A stretch of 64,000 nt of DNA from Raillietiella orientalis (lineage: Eukaryota): contig JAYWIR010000007.1 of the NCBI GenBank assembly GCA_036172245.1, positions 4,464,001 through 4,528,000 of the forward strand. Direction: 5' to 3'. The first letter of the stretch is position 1, and every line of letters starts with the position of its first letter. The notes below the pieces were generated by a model. That model had not been told where the DNA came from, did no database searches, and saw only the letters and a program-made list of their open reading frames with translations. The translations under genes and the position numbers were made by a program. Positions 37,774 through 49,900 of the stretch are shown here, piece by piece.

Positions 37774-40700
37774 TCGACCAATTCCGCACCCGAGGGCCAC
37801 AGGGCACCAGCGTCATCCTGAAAAGGCATACTCGAAACCCACGACGCACCCCCATTTGTCGGCGCCGGCCTTTCACCGGGCGGGATTCGAACCCGTGACT
37901 CTAGGTACGCCGCGCGCGGATACCACTGCAGCCACGCGGCCGCCGACGCAGACCAGGATCGGAAAAGGAGAGGATTGGGCAATCTCTCGGGTTTGGCTTC
38001 CAGACTGTCGGGCACCAACGCAGCTTCCAGAGACTTGGTCGTCTCACGGAGGAAGCGAGTTCACCTCGACACCGAAGCGGAGGAGCCATCCCGCTGTTTC
38101 CCGGAGCGACCAGGTACACATGGAACGAATGCTCCACGCGAAGGATCTGCCAGCTTTTCCGAAAATCAATCGAATCAGAGCGGAAAGGTAAAGACGTCTG
38201 GCACGGAGCTCGCGGAGGAGCGAGGCGGCTGATCTTCGAAAGCACTGGCGACGCGCAAGAAAAAAAAAAATGAAGATTCCGCAAGATCGGACAAGTGGAA
38301 GCGCGGGTTCAAGTCTTTCCAGGTCCGTTCCGGGAAGCAAGAGCGTTTTTTCAGGCTGTCCTTCGATCCTTCAGGAAGGCGATGAGGCTCCCGATCACCG
38401 TCGAGAGCATCGGCGTCCACCGCCTGAGGCTCCGACTCCAGCCAGAGAGTGCCAGCGAGGTTGGTCCGGACGCACCCGCTGGCTGCTTGCATGTGAACGG
38501 AGCCGCCGAAGAGCGCGCCCTCCGCGAAGATGCAATCCTTTCGGGTCACCTAGGGCTGGCTGGACTCTGCAGTGATGGGCTGCGGCGAAGGCGACATCGC
38601 CACAAACGACGCTGTCCCCATGCGGGCCTCAGGAAGTCCCCAGGCCGTCGCAGAGCAGCTCGTATAGCACCGGGAGGAGGCAAAAGGTCTCAAGGAATTC
38701 TGTGTTCCGGAGTCCTTTTCGGTGACCAGCCTTTGCATGGGTCTAGCAAGGGGATTCGTGGCCGAGTTAAGGGTTCTCGGATTCGTTCCTCCATATCCGG
38801 TTGACGAGTCTTCTCACCGGAAGCAGTGGAAGCGCCTGCATCCCATTATCGTGATCTAGACACCTTGCAGGATTTTAGAGAGATTAGGTTGTTAGAAAAC
38901 ACACACACACGCCGATGATTGTAACAGTTCTGTTAGGGCTCATGCAGCGATACGCGGAGACGTTTTCGCGTATTCTTAGGGCTGCAGATTTCTTAGATCT
39001 CAAAGGCATTGCCAATCTTCGGAACGCAATCCAGGTAGCTCGACGGTTCCACACGCATCTTTGGAGATCTCTTTGGGATGCATCCAGAACGGCTTCCCCG
39101 AATCCCTCATCCGTCTTTCACGTATTTCTTTCGCAGGCTATTCTTCTACTGATAAGGGGTTTCATAGCGAATCTTTGAAAGATGCATTTTTTGGACCTCC
39201 GATTCAAAAGTTCGTTTCGTTTCACCCTCGACTTTTACGTTACTTATAATGCGTGCAAGCCATCTCCTTGGTAAAAAGGAAAACTCTATGATGAACAGGG
39301 GTGATGCCTGGAAAGCGAAAACAACGAGCGTGGAGGACACAAGGAGGTGAATCAAACCTGGTGCGGAGACCTTCTGGTGGACCCTTCCCCTCCCACAAGT
39401 TCCTGAACGCTTGCTCCAAGCTATGAAAAAAAAAATTCAGGAATTCTCTGTGGTCGATTTCCGTCACATGTGAGAATTTTTTTGGCTTTTTTCTTTTTTA
39501 ATTTAAAAAAAAAAAAATGACTTCTTTGATATGGAAGAGAACGGACCTATTCTGAAACCAGGGACTCGGCCTGATATTCGTGGCTTCACATGCATCTCCC
39601 GGCGATGCTTGTGTGTGCGTGTCATCCCAGGGCACAACTCAGAGGTGTCCACTTTGATCTTATCCAAAAGGCCGCCCTGTGTCCACCCTGATGCATACTG
39701 GCAAAACGCAAGAACTGATGCATCGGCGATCTCCATAAGAGCGCGCAGACAATCCGACGGAACCTTCAGCGGAGGAGCACGAAGCAGCCGCCCATCCTTC
39801 TAAAAATAAGCGCCAAACAATCGCTCGGCGAGAGCGCGTCGCCGTCGATTATTTTTAGCGAGCTCTCATCCATTGTTGCGACTGCCGATCGGCAGAGACC
39901 AACAATGCGCCGGCGCTACCGCGGGATGGCGCCCCGCCTGCTGGATGGACATTTCGGGAAGGCAGGAGAGAGACGGTGGGTGTGAGAAAGCATGGATCCG
40001 AGCGGCGGCCCTGGACCGGGGAGGGACCGCAAGGAGCAGGAAGCGCGCTGAGGGAAACCAGATGTCCCGGGCTGCGAAGCAGGCTCATGCAGATCCGCAA
40101 TGGCCGTGGCGACCGATTCCGCTCCAGGAACGGCCGGCTCCGCCGTTTCCACCATGCGGCGGGACCTCCCTCGTCATCCGGTTGCGACCAGGACGAAGTG
40201 AGCTGCGCTGATTGGTCACTGCCTTCCGAGATGGACCTTCAGCGGAGGAAAATTGGTTCCGTGGTCAACTGGAGCCTCCCGAGGTCGTAGACACCTTTGA
40301 TCTCAGCTAGAGCGATTAGCAGATTCCGCACGGTGAGTGTTCTGCGACGTTGCCTCTCCTGTGATTAGCCGAAGTTCAGTGACTCTCCAACCCCCTCGGA
40401 CGGTACCACGTATATCCCTTCTTCGGGCTGTAAAGATTCCAGTAAATAAAAACTCTCGACAGCGGGAAGGGGAGGAGCACCTTGCGACCTTCACATTCGC
40501 CACCAACTTTTACGCTCTGCAGCGAATTTTTGCTTGCGACCCCTCTGGTCTCCCGCCGAATCTCCCATTCCGCCCCGTCAATTCAGGACGATTCAAGCTC
40601 TCGCTCCCCTTTCGTCCTGTGTCCCTCGCGATAAAAACTCGCATTCCTCATTCCTTTCTTTCGCACGTGTTCCTCCTGCGGTTTCCGGAAAATCAGACTC

Positions 40701-43700
40701 CCCCTGCTGTTTCTTCCCTTCTCTTCTGCCGGTTTCGACCGAGAACCTCTGTTTGTTATCTCCGTTTCCTGGAGCTCGTTAGGTGTGAGCTCCGACTTTC
40801 CTTTCCAGCCTCTTGTTTTTCGTTACGATTTTCTTCTCATAAAAAAAAAAGGAGAGAGAGAGAGTGACGCCTTTTCCTCCTCCTCCCGACTGCAAAGGAT
40901 GCTCAACAAGTGGCGATCCCAGACTCCGGATTTCCCTTTCGAGACGCACGGCCGATGAGCAACTGCGAGAGATCGAACGCGTGGGAGATGCTACTTTCCG
41001 TGCCTCCGGAGCGAACGTCTGGCTTCAAGGCCGCCGCTCTCACCTGGCTGAGGCGACGGCTCTGGCAGCGGATTTCTTCTTTTCCTCCTTCCCCCCGTTT
41101 CTAAGCTAGTCCTACCAGAGTACGGGCAAAACGGGGAGGGGGGATCCGACCACAGAAAGCTCCGCTGCAACCGTGTCCCCGTCGCCTCTTGAGGACAGGA
41201 GGCAGAGGGGGCAGGTGAGGCATACGATTATCGGGCTTCCGAGACTGGAATCTTCGGCTCACACGATTTCCTCCACAGGCTTGCAGCTGCTGGGAAGGAG
41301 GGCATTTCGGATGCCCCTTCTCCCAAGGCTGCTGCTGCCTCCTTTTCTCAAGGATGAGAGTGCCGATTCCGTTCTTCATCGTTGCGAGGAGAGGCTCCGG
41401 GTGCCGGTTGTTGCGAACCGTCGTCTTCGAACGCAATTCCTTCCCCCTTCATCCCGTTCACCGGCCTGACAACTGCCGTGTTGTGTGCATTCTTTCCCAT
41501 GTGTTTTCTTCTTCTTTCGCTGTCTACAGTTCCATGGGCGAAGAGGTGGGGCACCAATAAGCGATGTGGAGCATGAGGGAGGTTTTTTCCACCAATTGCA
41601 CCACCCATCTGTCTTCAGGTACTTCCTGATGACCAGATGAACATCTCGTTCACCTCGTAGCTGACGGCTACACACCCCTCGCCGCCTACGGTAGGCGGTT
41701 CAACCAATGCTTCCAGTGTGCATCCCGGGGGTGTTTGAGGTTCCAGGACACCGTTTCTCTGTTGATGTGCTCTGCTTGGTACCTAGAGATCTTAGCTCTT
41801 TTCAATATCTCGTCGTTCCTCGGTTCCCGGACTACTGGAGGTCCGCTCGTTCTGACGTAGGCGCCTCCTGGAATTGGGAAACCTTTGAAACTCGCTCTCT
41901 TTCTGCCACCTCGACTCTTCCAGAGCAGGCACTGAGCTCTCGAAGGCACGGACGGCTCATCCAGCGACATCGCTACTCCTGCGCCCTGGAGTCCCAGTCA
42001 CGGTCAGAGCTGGGAGTCCACACCAGGGATGGGTTGTTGAAAGGCCGCCACATTCCAGTGTTTCTGGGTAGCCATCTTGATCAGGGCTACCACTTCGCCA
42101 GTCGTCCGGTAACCGAATCCGAGTTGCTAGGGGAACAAGCACAAGGAAGCAGCGAATGTCTCATCTCCGCCTGCCTGTGCTCTTCAAGTCGCCCGTTGAA
42201 GATTGCGGCCTTGGGGATTGCGATTGCGATTCTTGGGGGACTGCTTTATTGTGGGCTGCGGCGATCCTTACAATGTTCCTCGTGCACATCCTGGGAAGCG
42301 CTGGTGTCCGGGAGCACCTTCCCGAAGTTCTCCGCCTGCCTCCGACATCTTCAGTTCTCCCGGCACTTCGTCAGTTGCCGGATCGCACCATCGACGGACG
42401 CTCTTCCTTCTACAAGCACTCCTTTGGATGAGAAGCGTCGGACCAATCCTGAACCACACCTGCAACCTTGATCCACTGCTGAGTTCTCAAAAAAAAAAGG
42501 GGAGGGGGGGAGGAAGGCAGCTTCCAGCAGCGTCCACCGCACATGCTTTGTCTCCGGGGCAGCAGATCGGGTTGAACTCGCCCGTGTGCCTCTCTTCCCG
42601 TGTGCCTCTCTTCCCGTGGAAACCAGACCTTCCCCACGAATCCATGGACAGCGGGAAGACCGATCCGATTCGAAGCGGGAGAGATCCCCAGAGCGAAGTC
42701 TGGTGAGACGGGGAATCCCGTGAAGGAGAAGGCGGGATCCTTACCGGAGAGGATGCCGGCACGCGAGAAACGGTCGCGATTTGGGTGCGCGCGCGCACCT
42801 TGCTACCGCGTTCCCATGGCTAGACCGTTCCTCTCACGGAAGTCACAGCGGGCTCCAGGCGGCTGGTGCCAGCCTTGCACGTTGCTAGGGGACAAGAAGG
42901 CTCATTTTTTTCTCTCTCTCTCTTTTTCTCCTCTCCAGTGGCACCTGGAGCTCTCGCTTCGGGGTCTTCGGTGCGCTTCGCGACGCTCCCGGAAAGGAAC
43001 TACGTAAAAAGCATAGACTTGGGGAACGGATGGGAGGAGCGCCAAGAACCGCCCGCGTTCCGCCGCAGCGTGGCTGAGGCGGTGACTCTGAAATGGGGAT
43101 GCAGAAAAGAGCGCGAAGACCCCCATCCCGCGTGAGGGAGGACATTCTTCCTCGAAAAGCCGCTCGCGTCCCTGGAATTCTTCTCGTAGCCTGCTGGCGC
43201 CAGCGGCACATGCCACCACCCAAGCTCTTGCCGAGGTCTCCAAGAAAGAAAGGAGCACACAAAGGGGAAACTATGAGGGATGAGACCCCTCCCGAAGAGG
43301 AGGGAGGGAACTTTCGGAAACTCCCCTTTCAGAGCCCCTCTAGACGCAACCTCCTGAGCGCCTCCTCAGCGCGCGCGGAGTACGCCGGCAGGATGAGGAC
43401 GGCGCGCGCGTCCGAGCCACGCCCCAGAAAAAGGGGGACATTGCCGAAGGGTCGCCCTCTGGGACCAGAGCGCGTGCATGCCGAGAAAGCTGCACGGGAG
43501 ATGGTTCGTTCCTCCCTGGCCTTAATCCGCATCGCGCAGAGAAAAGGAGCCGCCCGCGGACGCACCCGAAGCGCATCCGGAAAGGGGGAGGGAGGGAGAT
43601 GAGCTGGAGATGTCTCCGAGGGGGCAGCGGCGGAAAGGAGGCAACAATGGATGGGCCCCTGGAGGTTCGTTGCGTGACGTTCGGAAAAGGGGCGATGAAT

Positions 43701-43979
43701 GCTCGGGAAAAGGCGGATGGGAGGGAGCCGAGGGGGACGGGAACGGCTGGAGCGCGCAGAGACGCATGTTCTTTGCCCGTCGGACGGAAGCGGAGGGGAA
43801 AAGACACGATCGCCTGGACCGGGGATGCTGCTTAGGCTCTCGTAGGAGTGGACTCCACGGAGCATCCTCCGTCGCCGCCGCCCTGGAGCGCCACTGCAGC
43901 GCGAGCGAGGAGGCAGCAGGCCAGCAATCGGAGTTGCGGGCGAGACCTGCACGCGCGCGCGGTTCTCACGTGTGAAGAG

Positions 43980-45300
43980 GGTCGCGCATGGTAATCACTT
44001 CCATGCTCTTCATTTCCGGTCCCGTGGAAGAGAGGCAGTGGCGTGGGCGTTGTCTTTTTGGAGAGACTCAAAACGGGGTTGCGTTTCCCCAGACGGTGCA
44101 GCAGCACCTTCCCAGTCCCCCCGTCACCGATCCCTCTCCATCGGCTCCACCAGCATCCTTTATCTGCGATTTCTTCCGGGAGAAGACGGCCGCATAGTCG
44201 GCGACTTGCCCTCCGAGGGACTTCCAGGATACGTTTCCGGTCTTTCTTGACGGGACCTCTGACGTGGGGATAGTTTTCCACGAGACGAGCCCATAGAATA
44301 ACAGCAGCCATGAGCAAGGAGGAAGATAAAGGAAATCCTCCTACGCCAATGGGCTTCTCTTCGTAGCTGGGGAGCTCTGGAACGAGAGTGGGAAGATGGG
44401 GTTTGGCTTCCCCCATCTTGCTAATCGTTCCAGAGCTCTTGGCCGCGTTCCCTGTATTCCCCCCATCCGGGGAATGTGGCCGGTCTTCAGAAACAACAAA
44501 AGCAGCCTCTGCCTGCACCGGAACATCCTGAGACCCCTCTCTTCCCCACTGAGGAAGGCCTCCCGGGTCTTCCGTACAGCAGATGCGCCGCCGTCTCAAG
44601 ACGGCCTGTCTACCCGAATTCGTACCAGTCAGACGGCCACCGGACGGTCGCACCCACTCATTCCGGTCCCTTCGCTGGGCTCCTTCTAAGCTCCCAAATA
44701 CTCCATACCCTCTGCCTTTCCCTCCTTCACTTCTTCCCACCTGGACGGCAGCAGCGGCCCTTCGATGGACTAGCGTAGCGGCGGCACTTCTTCGGTTCAT
44801 TCGAGGCGGACTGCAGTTGCCAGCCGGCCGGGGCAGCCGTCGCCACCCTCGGTGAGGCTGCATCCGCGACCCTCGAAACGGCTCGGTTCTTGCGGAGCGA
44901 GGTCGCCCTCATCCGGCCGCCTTGATGCCGGAGAGCACGGGGAAGCCTCCTGCAATAAAGGAACGCATCGCTCTACTAGATTGGAAGGGCTGCAGCCTGG
45001 CAACACTCGCCCCTCCTTCACTGTGTATTCATCTGCATTTGCTTATCGCCTCCACTCCCTCCCCTCCCTTGCTTCCTTCCTCTGGACCGAACAAGTGTAC
45101 GTTGGACAGTACTCCCCTCTGCAAGACTCTAGTAGGGGTCGGGTCCCTCCTGCTGGAATCATCCAGGCTCCCCGCTGCCGCTCTTCTACTTCCAGCAAAG
45201 AAACGTCCGGGAGTACCTCTGCGGGAAACCACAGGAGATCGCGAGGGATGCCCCCTCTCCCTTCTCTCCGAATCGCCTTCCTTCCCCTTCTACAAGAACT
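43980..45300 (-). mobile_element. Possible LINE EN/linker relic
   Basis: FIAGGF (GDFN-like, ~44950) and SRWRGIGDGGTGKVLLHRL (R..W...GD..T..F-like, ~44130). Weak. Confidence 0.3.
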
Positions 45301-46109
45301 GCGGCGGCAGCAGAGGAATCCACAGAGTTCGGCTCCGTTTTTCCTCGAGTGTCCCGAGACACCATGTGCTGAAGAGAGAGCGGAGGTCGCCGAGATCATA
45401 AGGCAGCCGCTACCTCAGCGAGCTGTCGCCGTCGGTGCCGCTGCTGTTGAGTTTTTTTCCTTGCCCTTCTTTTTGGGAGGGGGGGGGGGAAGACACTCTC
45501 TCGAACCGCCGAAGATTAGGTGGGGGAGGCTTGGAGGACCCGTCGCGAGGCGGGAGGAGGAACGCCACTTCCTCCATGTCCGCAGAGACGCTCCCTCCAG
45601 AGCGTCTCGGCGTTCGCTGTCGGCTGCTGCCGGACTTTTTTTGTGGTGGCAGCACGGAAGCACCTTAAAAGGAAACGGCCCGGTTGTGTGTCACACCAGG
45701 ACAGGATCCACTCTCAGGAGGTTGCTCTTCCATTTTGCCGTTTATTTATCGATTTCCTGCCCGTGGGACCTTCTTTGACGTCGGTGATCGCTTCCCGACT
45801 TTTTTCCTTTCCCCTCTGCCGTTTGACGGATGACCGGCCGCCTTTGGTACCCGATTTCCTCTTCGCAGCAGATTCCCGTGCGGTTCGCGGCGACGCCGAC
45901 ACCGACGACACAACTCAGGCAAAAGTGATGCCCCCAGCCCCATCAAAACACGCACACACACCAAAAAAAATGCCGCTGCTTCTGGCCGGAGCTGCCCGAA
46001 AGGCGCGATGCCAACCTCGTGGCTGCTTCCACAAGTGATCTGGCCGGCTGCTCCTCGCTAGCAGCGTGCACATCCCTCCCCTCCCGCTTTCCGCCCTCCA
46101 CATCCCCAG

Positions 46110-46581
46110 GAACGTTTTAAAGTGCCTTTTTGGGCGTGAAGCCCTACCGCCACAGCCGCGTCCCTAGCAGCTTTCTGCTGCCTCCGAGGGGTCGTGGCGG
46201 ACTCGGATGGTGACTCCAGAGGAGGCCAAGACATGATATTCGCTTCCTACTGATAGCATAAAGATGGTCCCACCTGGGAACTATACAGCAGAAACTTGCC
46301 GGGATCCCAGGAAGGATGCAGAGGACGCCCTCCAGCAGGCGAGGATCCCTTTCCGAGCCCCCAGAGGTCTTTGCGTTTATTTTTTATTGGAATTTCATTT
46401 TATTTTCATGTCTGTCTGCTCAACTCCGCCTTCCTGCTGCCTAGGCGAACCTTGCTGGTCTGCGTGGCGGCTGCTTTCCTGGCTGGTTCGTTCACCGGTG
46501 AACGTGGCAGGACCGCGGCAGGTCCTGCCACCACCTTCGTACGTCTCCTAGTGTTAATAAACGCCCCAGCGCAGCCGGGTG
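46110..46581 (+). mobile_element. LINE-A short 3' copy
   Basis: ATGGTCCCACCTGG...CTTGCCGGGATCC...GATGCAGAGGACG core; terminus AATAAACGCCCCAGCGCAGCCGGGTG. Confidence 0.8.
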
Positions 46582-46785
46582 ATGAGCCTGCCCCCCTCCC
46601 CCCCACTCCCGACCACACTCGCCTTCGGACTTAGGGATTCCTCCGGGCGCACGAATCACGGGGGCTATAGGGATTGGCCCGGAAGAAGGAAGCAGGGATG
46701 CCAGACCGGCATTCGCCGCACCATCCGCTTCCCCCCCGGCTGCCTCTCTTGCCAAACGCCTGCCTGCCGTCGCCCTTCCGGAGCT

Positions 46786-47665
46786 CTTTTTGTTTTTTTT
46801 TCTTTTGGTTCGTCAAGCGTCAAGAACCGCTCGCCTCCTCGGAGGGGGGGGGCTCACGAAGTTCTTTGACGCTGCTCATATCACCCGAGGGTGCGTGTTG
46901 ACTCCTCAAGTTATGGGAGGTGACCACAGAGGGACCACCCTATGAATCCAAGAAGTCTCCGGAGGAAGGAATCCGTTCCTCTCTTACGCTTGGTAGCAAA
47001 CCCTCCCTCTGGACTCGAGGCCCATTCGTCGAGCCGCGGAAGCAAGGGCGCGGCATTCCCGAGAACAGGCATGCCCCCCTCCCCTCGACTCAGGAGGGAA
47101 CTCCTAAGAGAACCCTCGCCCTGATTGTCGCTGGTCTTGGTTACCCCAAAACCCCGAAGGGAACCTCTTCCTTGTTCTCTCCAGAGAGGGCCGCTCCCTG
47201 TTTTCCTCCTCTGAAGAGAACCCTGAAGGGCTCTTCCCGATTTCTCCGAAGGGCGCTTCTTACGCTTTAGAGAGGCATCCTCCCCCCCGAGAGGGGGCTG
47301 CCAGCCAGCCCCACGGTACCAGCGATGAAGGGACTCCCTGAAAGGGGATGGACAGATGGTTCCAATCTCACAACCGGAGGGGAGTCCTGAAGGACTCCTT
47401 GAGGTCCTTGAAGGACCCCGGAGGGTCAGCTTCCAATCCCGGCCACTCAACGGGGGCATCCGGGAGTTTCCGGCCTGGTGCCACCGCACCCGAATAGGCC
47501 AACCAGCGTCATCCTGCTGCGGAGGATGAAGCTCGGAATCCAGGACTCACCCCCATTCGTCGGCGCCGACCCTTCCGCGGGCGGGATTCGGAGATTCGAA
47601 ACCTCGACGTCGCTCGACACGCCGCGCGGGTAAGCCGCCGCCGTAGCCACACGCAGCCGCGGCCA
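46786..47665 (-). mobile_element. SINE-X copy 5, uninterrupted, about 880 bp
   Basis: Head TGGCTACGGCGG...GGTTTCGAATCTCCGAATCCCGCC; internal GAGAACCC repeats; A-rich tail at 46786-46807; imperfect flanking duplication TTCCGGAGCTCTT / TTCCGGCGTTCTT. Confidence 0.8.
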
Positions 47666-48899
47666 CCGTTCCGGCGTTCTTCTTCGGCGCATCTCCCGAG
47701 ACGCTCCTCCGCGCTCGGAAACCCCCGGGCAGCAGCGGCGCCGCGCCGGGAACCCCTTCCGGAGTCCGCATGTGGCGAAAACAAAGTGCCTCTTCAACAA
47801 TTCGTTCCTTTGTCTCTCTTCGAGGCAAAGAGAAGTCTCTCCAAGCAGAAGGCGCCTCTTCTCCTCTCTCTTTTTTTTTTTTTTTTGTGGTTTGTTTGTT
47901 TCCTTTCTTTTCGGGGGGAGGAAGAAAGTCTCCCCGCTGAAACGTGACGTCAACGTTTTCTTGCTCCAGGTCTTGCCCGAATTTTTCTCCGTTCGTTTGC
48001 AGTCTTTGGAGCTCCTCTTTCGAGTCAGGAGAGATCTCGTTATCGAAACTGACAGCGCTCGTCATGCGAGGATTGGATTCCCTCCCGAAAAACAGGGGGG
48101 GAAAGGGTAGGGGAAGGGGGGGAGGAGGAGGACGGCCGAAAAACCCTCGGTTCTGCGCCGCGCGCGCAGAGCTGCGGCGGAGAGAGGCGGGCGGAACGCG
48201 AGAGCCTCCTCCCCTCAGCAGCTCCCGCGCGCACCACCTCGACTTTGCGCCGCCGCCGCCTGGATCCTCCTCCTCCCCTCCTGGACTCTGACGATCCTCC
48301 CGAGACGTTCAGCTCGTCGTCGTCCAGCTTGGTTTCCTTCACGGGAAGGAGAGGCAGCTGCTGGCGCTCGCAAAGAAGTTAAGAAAGACCGAGCAAAGAA
48401 CGGTTCTGTGATCGCTGCGGTTTTCCTTTTCCCTTTTTCAACATCACCTTTTCAATCCCAGGACGTTTTTCCTTTTCTTTTTTTTTTGCAACACGCGCGC
48501 GTGCATGCGGCGCGCGCTATCCATTGGGTTTACTTTTTCGCTCTTGAGTCTCCAGAGTCTGCCTCATCCGCCTCGAGGGATAGATGCGCGTTGTTTGCTT
48601 TGCTAAATATTTGACTCTCCAGGAGGCGCCAGTGTTTGCTCCCCCTTTTCCGTTTCTTTCCCCCCCGGTTTTTTTGCCTTTCGATCTTCGACCGCGGCGA
48701 TGCGCGCGTTGGTGCGCAGCAGCGGCGAAAGCAGAGAGAGTGGACGATGGCGGCGACGGCCGACCGTCCGTGGGAGGAAGGTGGGGGGGGGGAGGTCGCT
48801 CGGCCCACGACATCTCCCGTCGGGATGGATCGTTCTCCTCCCCTCCCCATATCGCGCTGCGCCGTCACTCATTCACCCCCGCGCTGGGACCGAAAATAA

Positions 48900-49900
48900 T
48901 AATCCACCCTCGCGCACACCCCAATTGGCCTCACTTTCGAAGCGCCCTCGTCGTCGGTCACTTCCGAATGCGCTCCTTTCCTCCAGGCCCACGCGCATTT
49001 CGCAGTTCCGCAAGCGCTTCATTTTGCAATTCGCTCCCCTCGCGGACCATGTAGGGCACCGACGAGAAAGCACCCGTCCCACGAGCAGTCCACGTTCGTG
49101 GTCCACCGTGACCGAATGCACGGAGGGATGGCGTTCGTCGGCTGAATAGAGCTGTACAAAGTGGAATGTCCATTCAGTCCATTCGCGGCCATAGCCTTTT
49201 CGCAAGTCATTCTTTCTGGAATGCTAAACCGAGGCGCACGAATCGGAGTTTCCCTGGCAACAGGAAAGGTCTCGCGGTGGTGTTGAAACCCTGAAGATGC
49301 GAATGCCGTTTTTCCCTTCCTGCTTGCAAAATTGTCCGAAGGTTGGAGCCACCTTTCATTTCACCGGGCAGTGGAATCCATTCATTTCATAATGCATCAA
49401 AAAAAAGAAAGAAGAAGAAGCATGTCGTAATGCATCTGTTTTTTTTTTTTTGGTTTTTTTTTTTTTCAATAAAATGCTTTTAAAGTTTGAAGGTGTTGAC
49501 TGCGCATCTGAACTTTACTTTCGAATATGGGAGAAATCATTCTGGAAGACCTCCCGGCTCTGTGATCCCCTCGATGCACCATCAACCGGTGAACACACAC
49601 AAAGGATTCATCCGACGACTGAGGTCCGAATAACGCCAGCGGCACTCCAGAGATGGCTACAAGTACGTCCCCTTCGGCGATGACTACTTCATGATGTGCC
49701 TTTTCGGAGGTTCGTCGTGTGTGTATCGGCGGAACCCACGGGCCACTGAGTGCTCCCAAGTCGGCAGTTTCCTCCGTGACGAGTACGAGGTACGAATAGT
49801 ACCAATCCCAAGTACAAACGTGGCACATTCGTGGCCTCCCTTTTGTATGGCTGTTAATGGAGCTTCCGTGTCGAAGTTCCATTGCAGTGGCAAGGAGAGC
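48900..49900 (-). mobile_element. PIF/Harbinger DDE transposase relic
   Basis: Ordered remnants: YYSYLVLVTEETADLGALSGPWV (YF.YLRM..F..L..LV.P), RYSDLSRR, FASRKGK, GLNGHSTLYSS (G..ND..V..S), LVG/GAFSSVPYM (GD.aY), EERSAFG (E.AFG). Confidence 0.55.

Larger units (their letters stand above)
35594..37945 (-). mobile_element. SINE-X copy 4, full length in three pieces (37775-37945, 36440-36850, 35594-35835)
   Basis: Best-preserved head: GGCCGCGTGGCTGCAGTGGTATCCGCGCGCGGCGTACCTAGAGTCACGGGTTCGAATCCCGCC. The pieces join collinearly when compared with copy 5; poly(A) at about 35594-35630. Confidence 0.8.
35450..38880 (-). mobile_element. RTE/RTEX-like LINE 3' relic (37950-38880 plus 35450-35590), split by a SINE-X insertion
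   Basis: SATAWG (YG.E.WG-like, ~38645), LWKLRW (~38025), then a degenerate Cys motif continuing at 35590-35500 on the far side of the SINE. Confidence 0.45.

Noticed and set aside
37875..37945. tRNA gene
   Set aside because: It has A and B boxes but no convincing anticodon or acceptor arms and no T-run terminator. It is followed by the shared SINE body.
38975..39035. SKP1/BTB-like AADFLDLKG
   Set aside because: Too short, and the surrounding residues do not fit. Kept only as part of the unexplained island.
4230..46581. Recurrent AATAAACGCCCC motif read as a CRISPR-like repeat or viral gene-end signal
   Set aside because: Spacing is irregular, it occurs on both strands, and it is preceded by LINE 3' UTR or zinc-finger sequence wherever enough flank survives. 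These are LINE termini.
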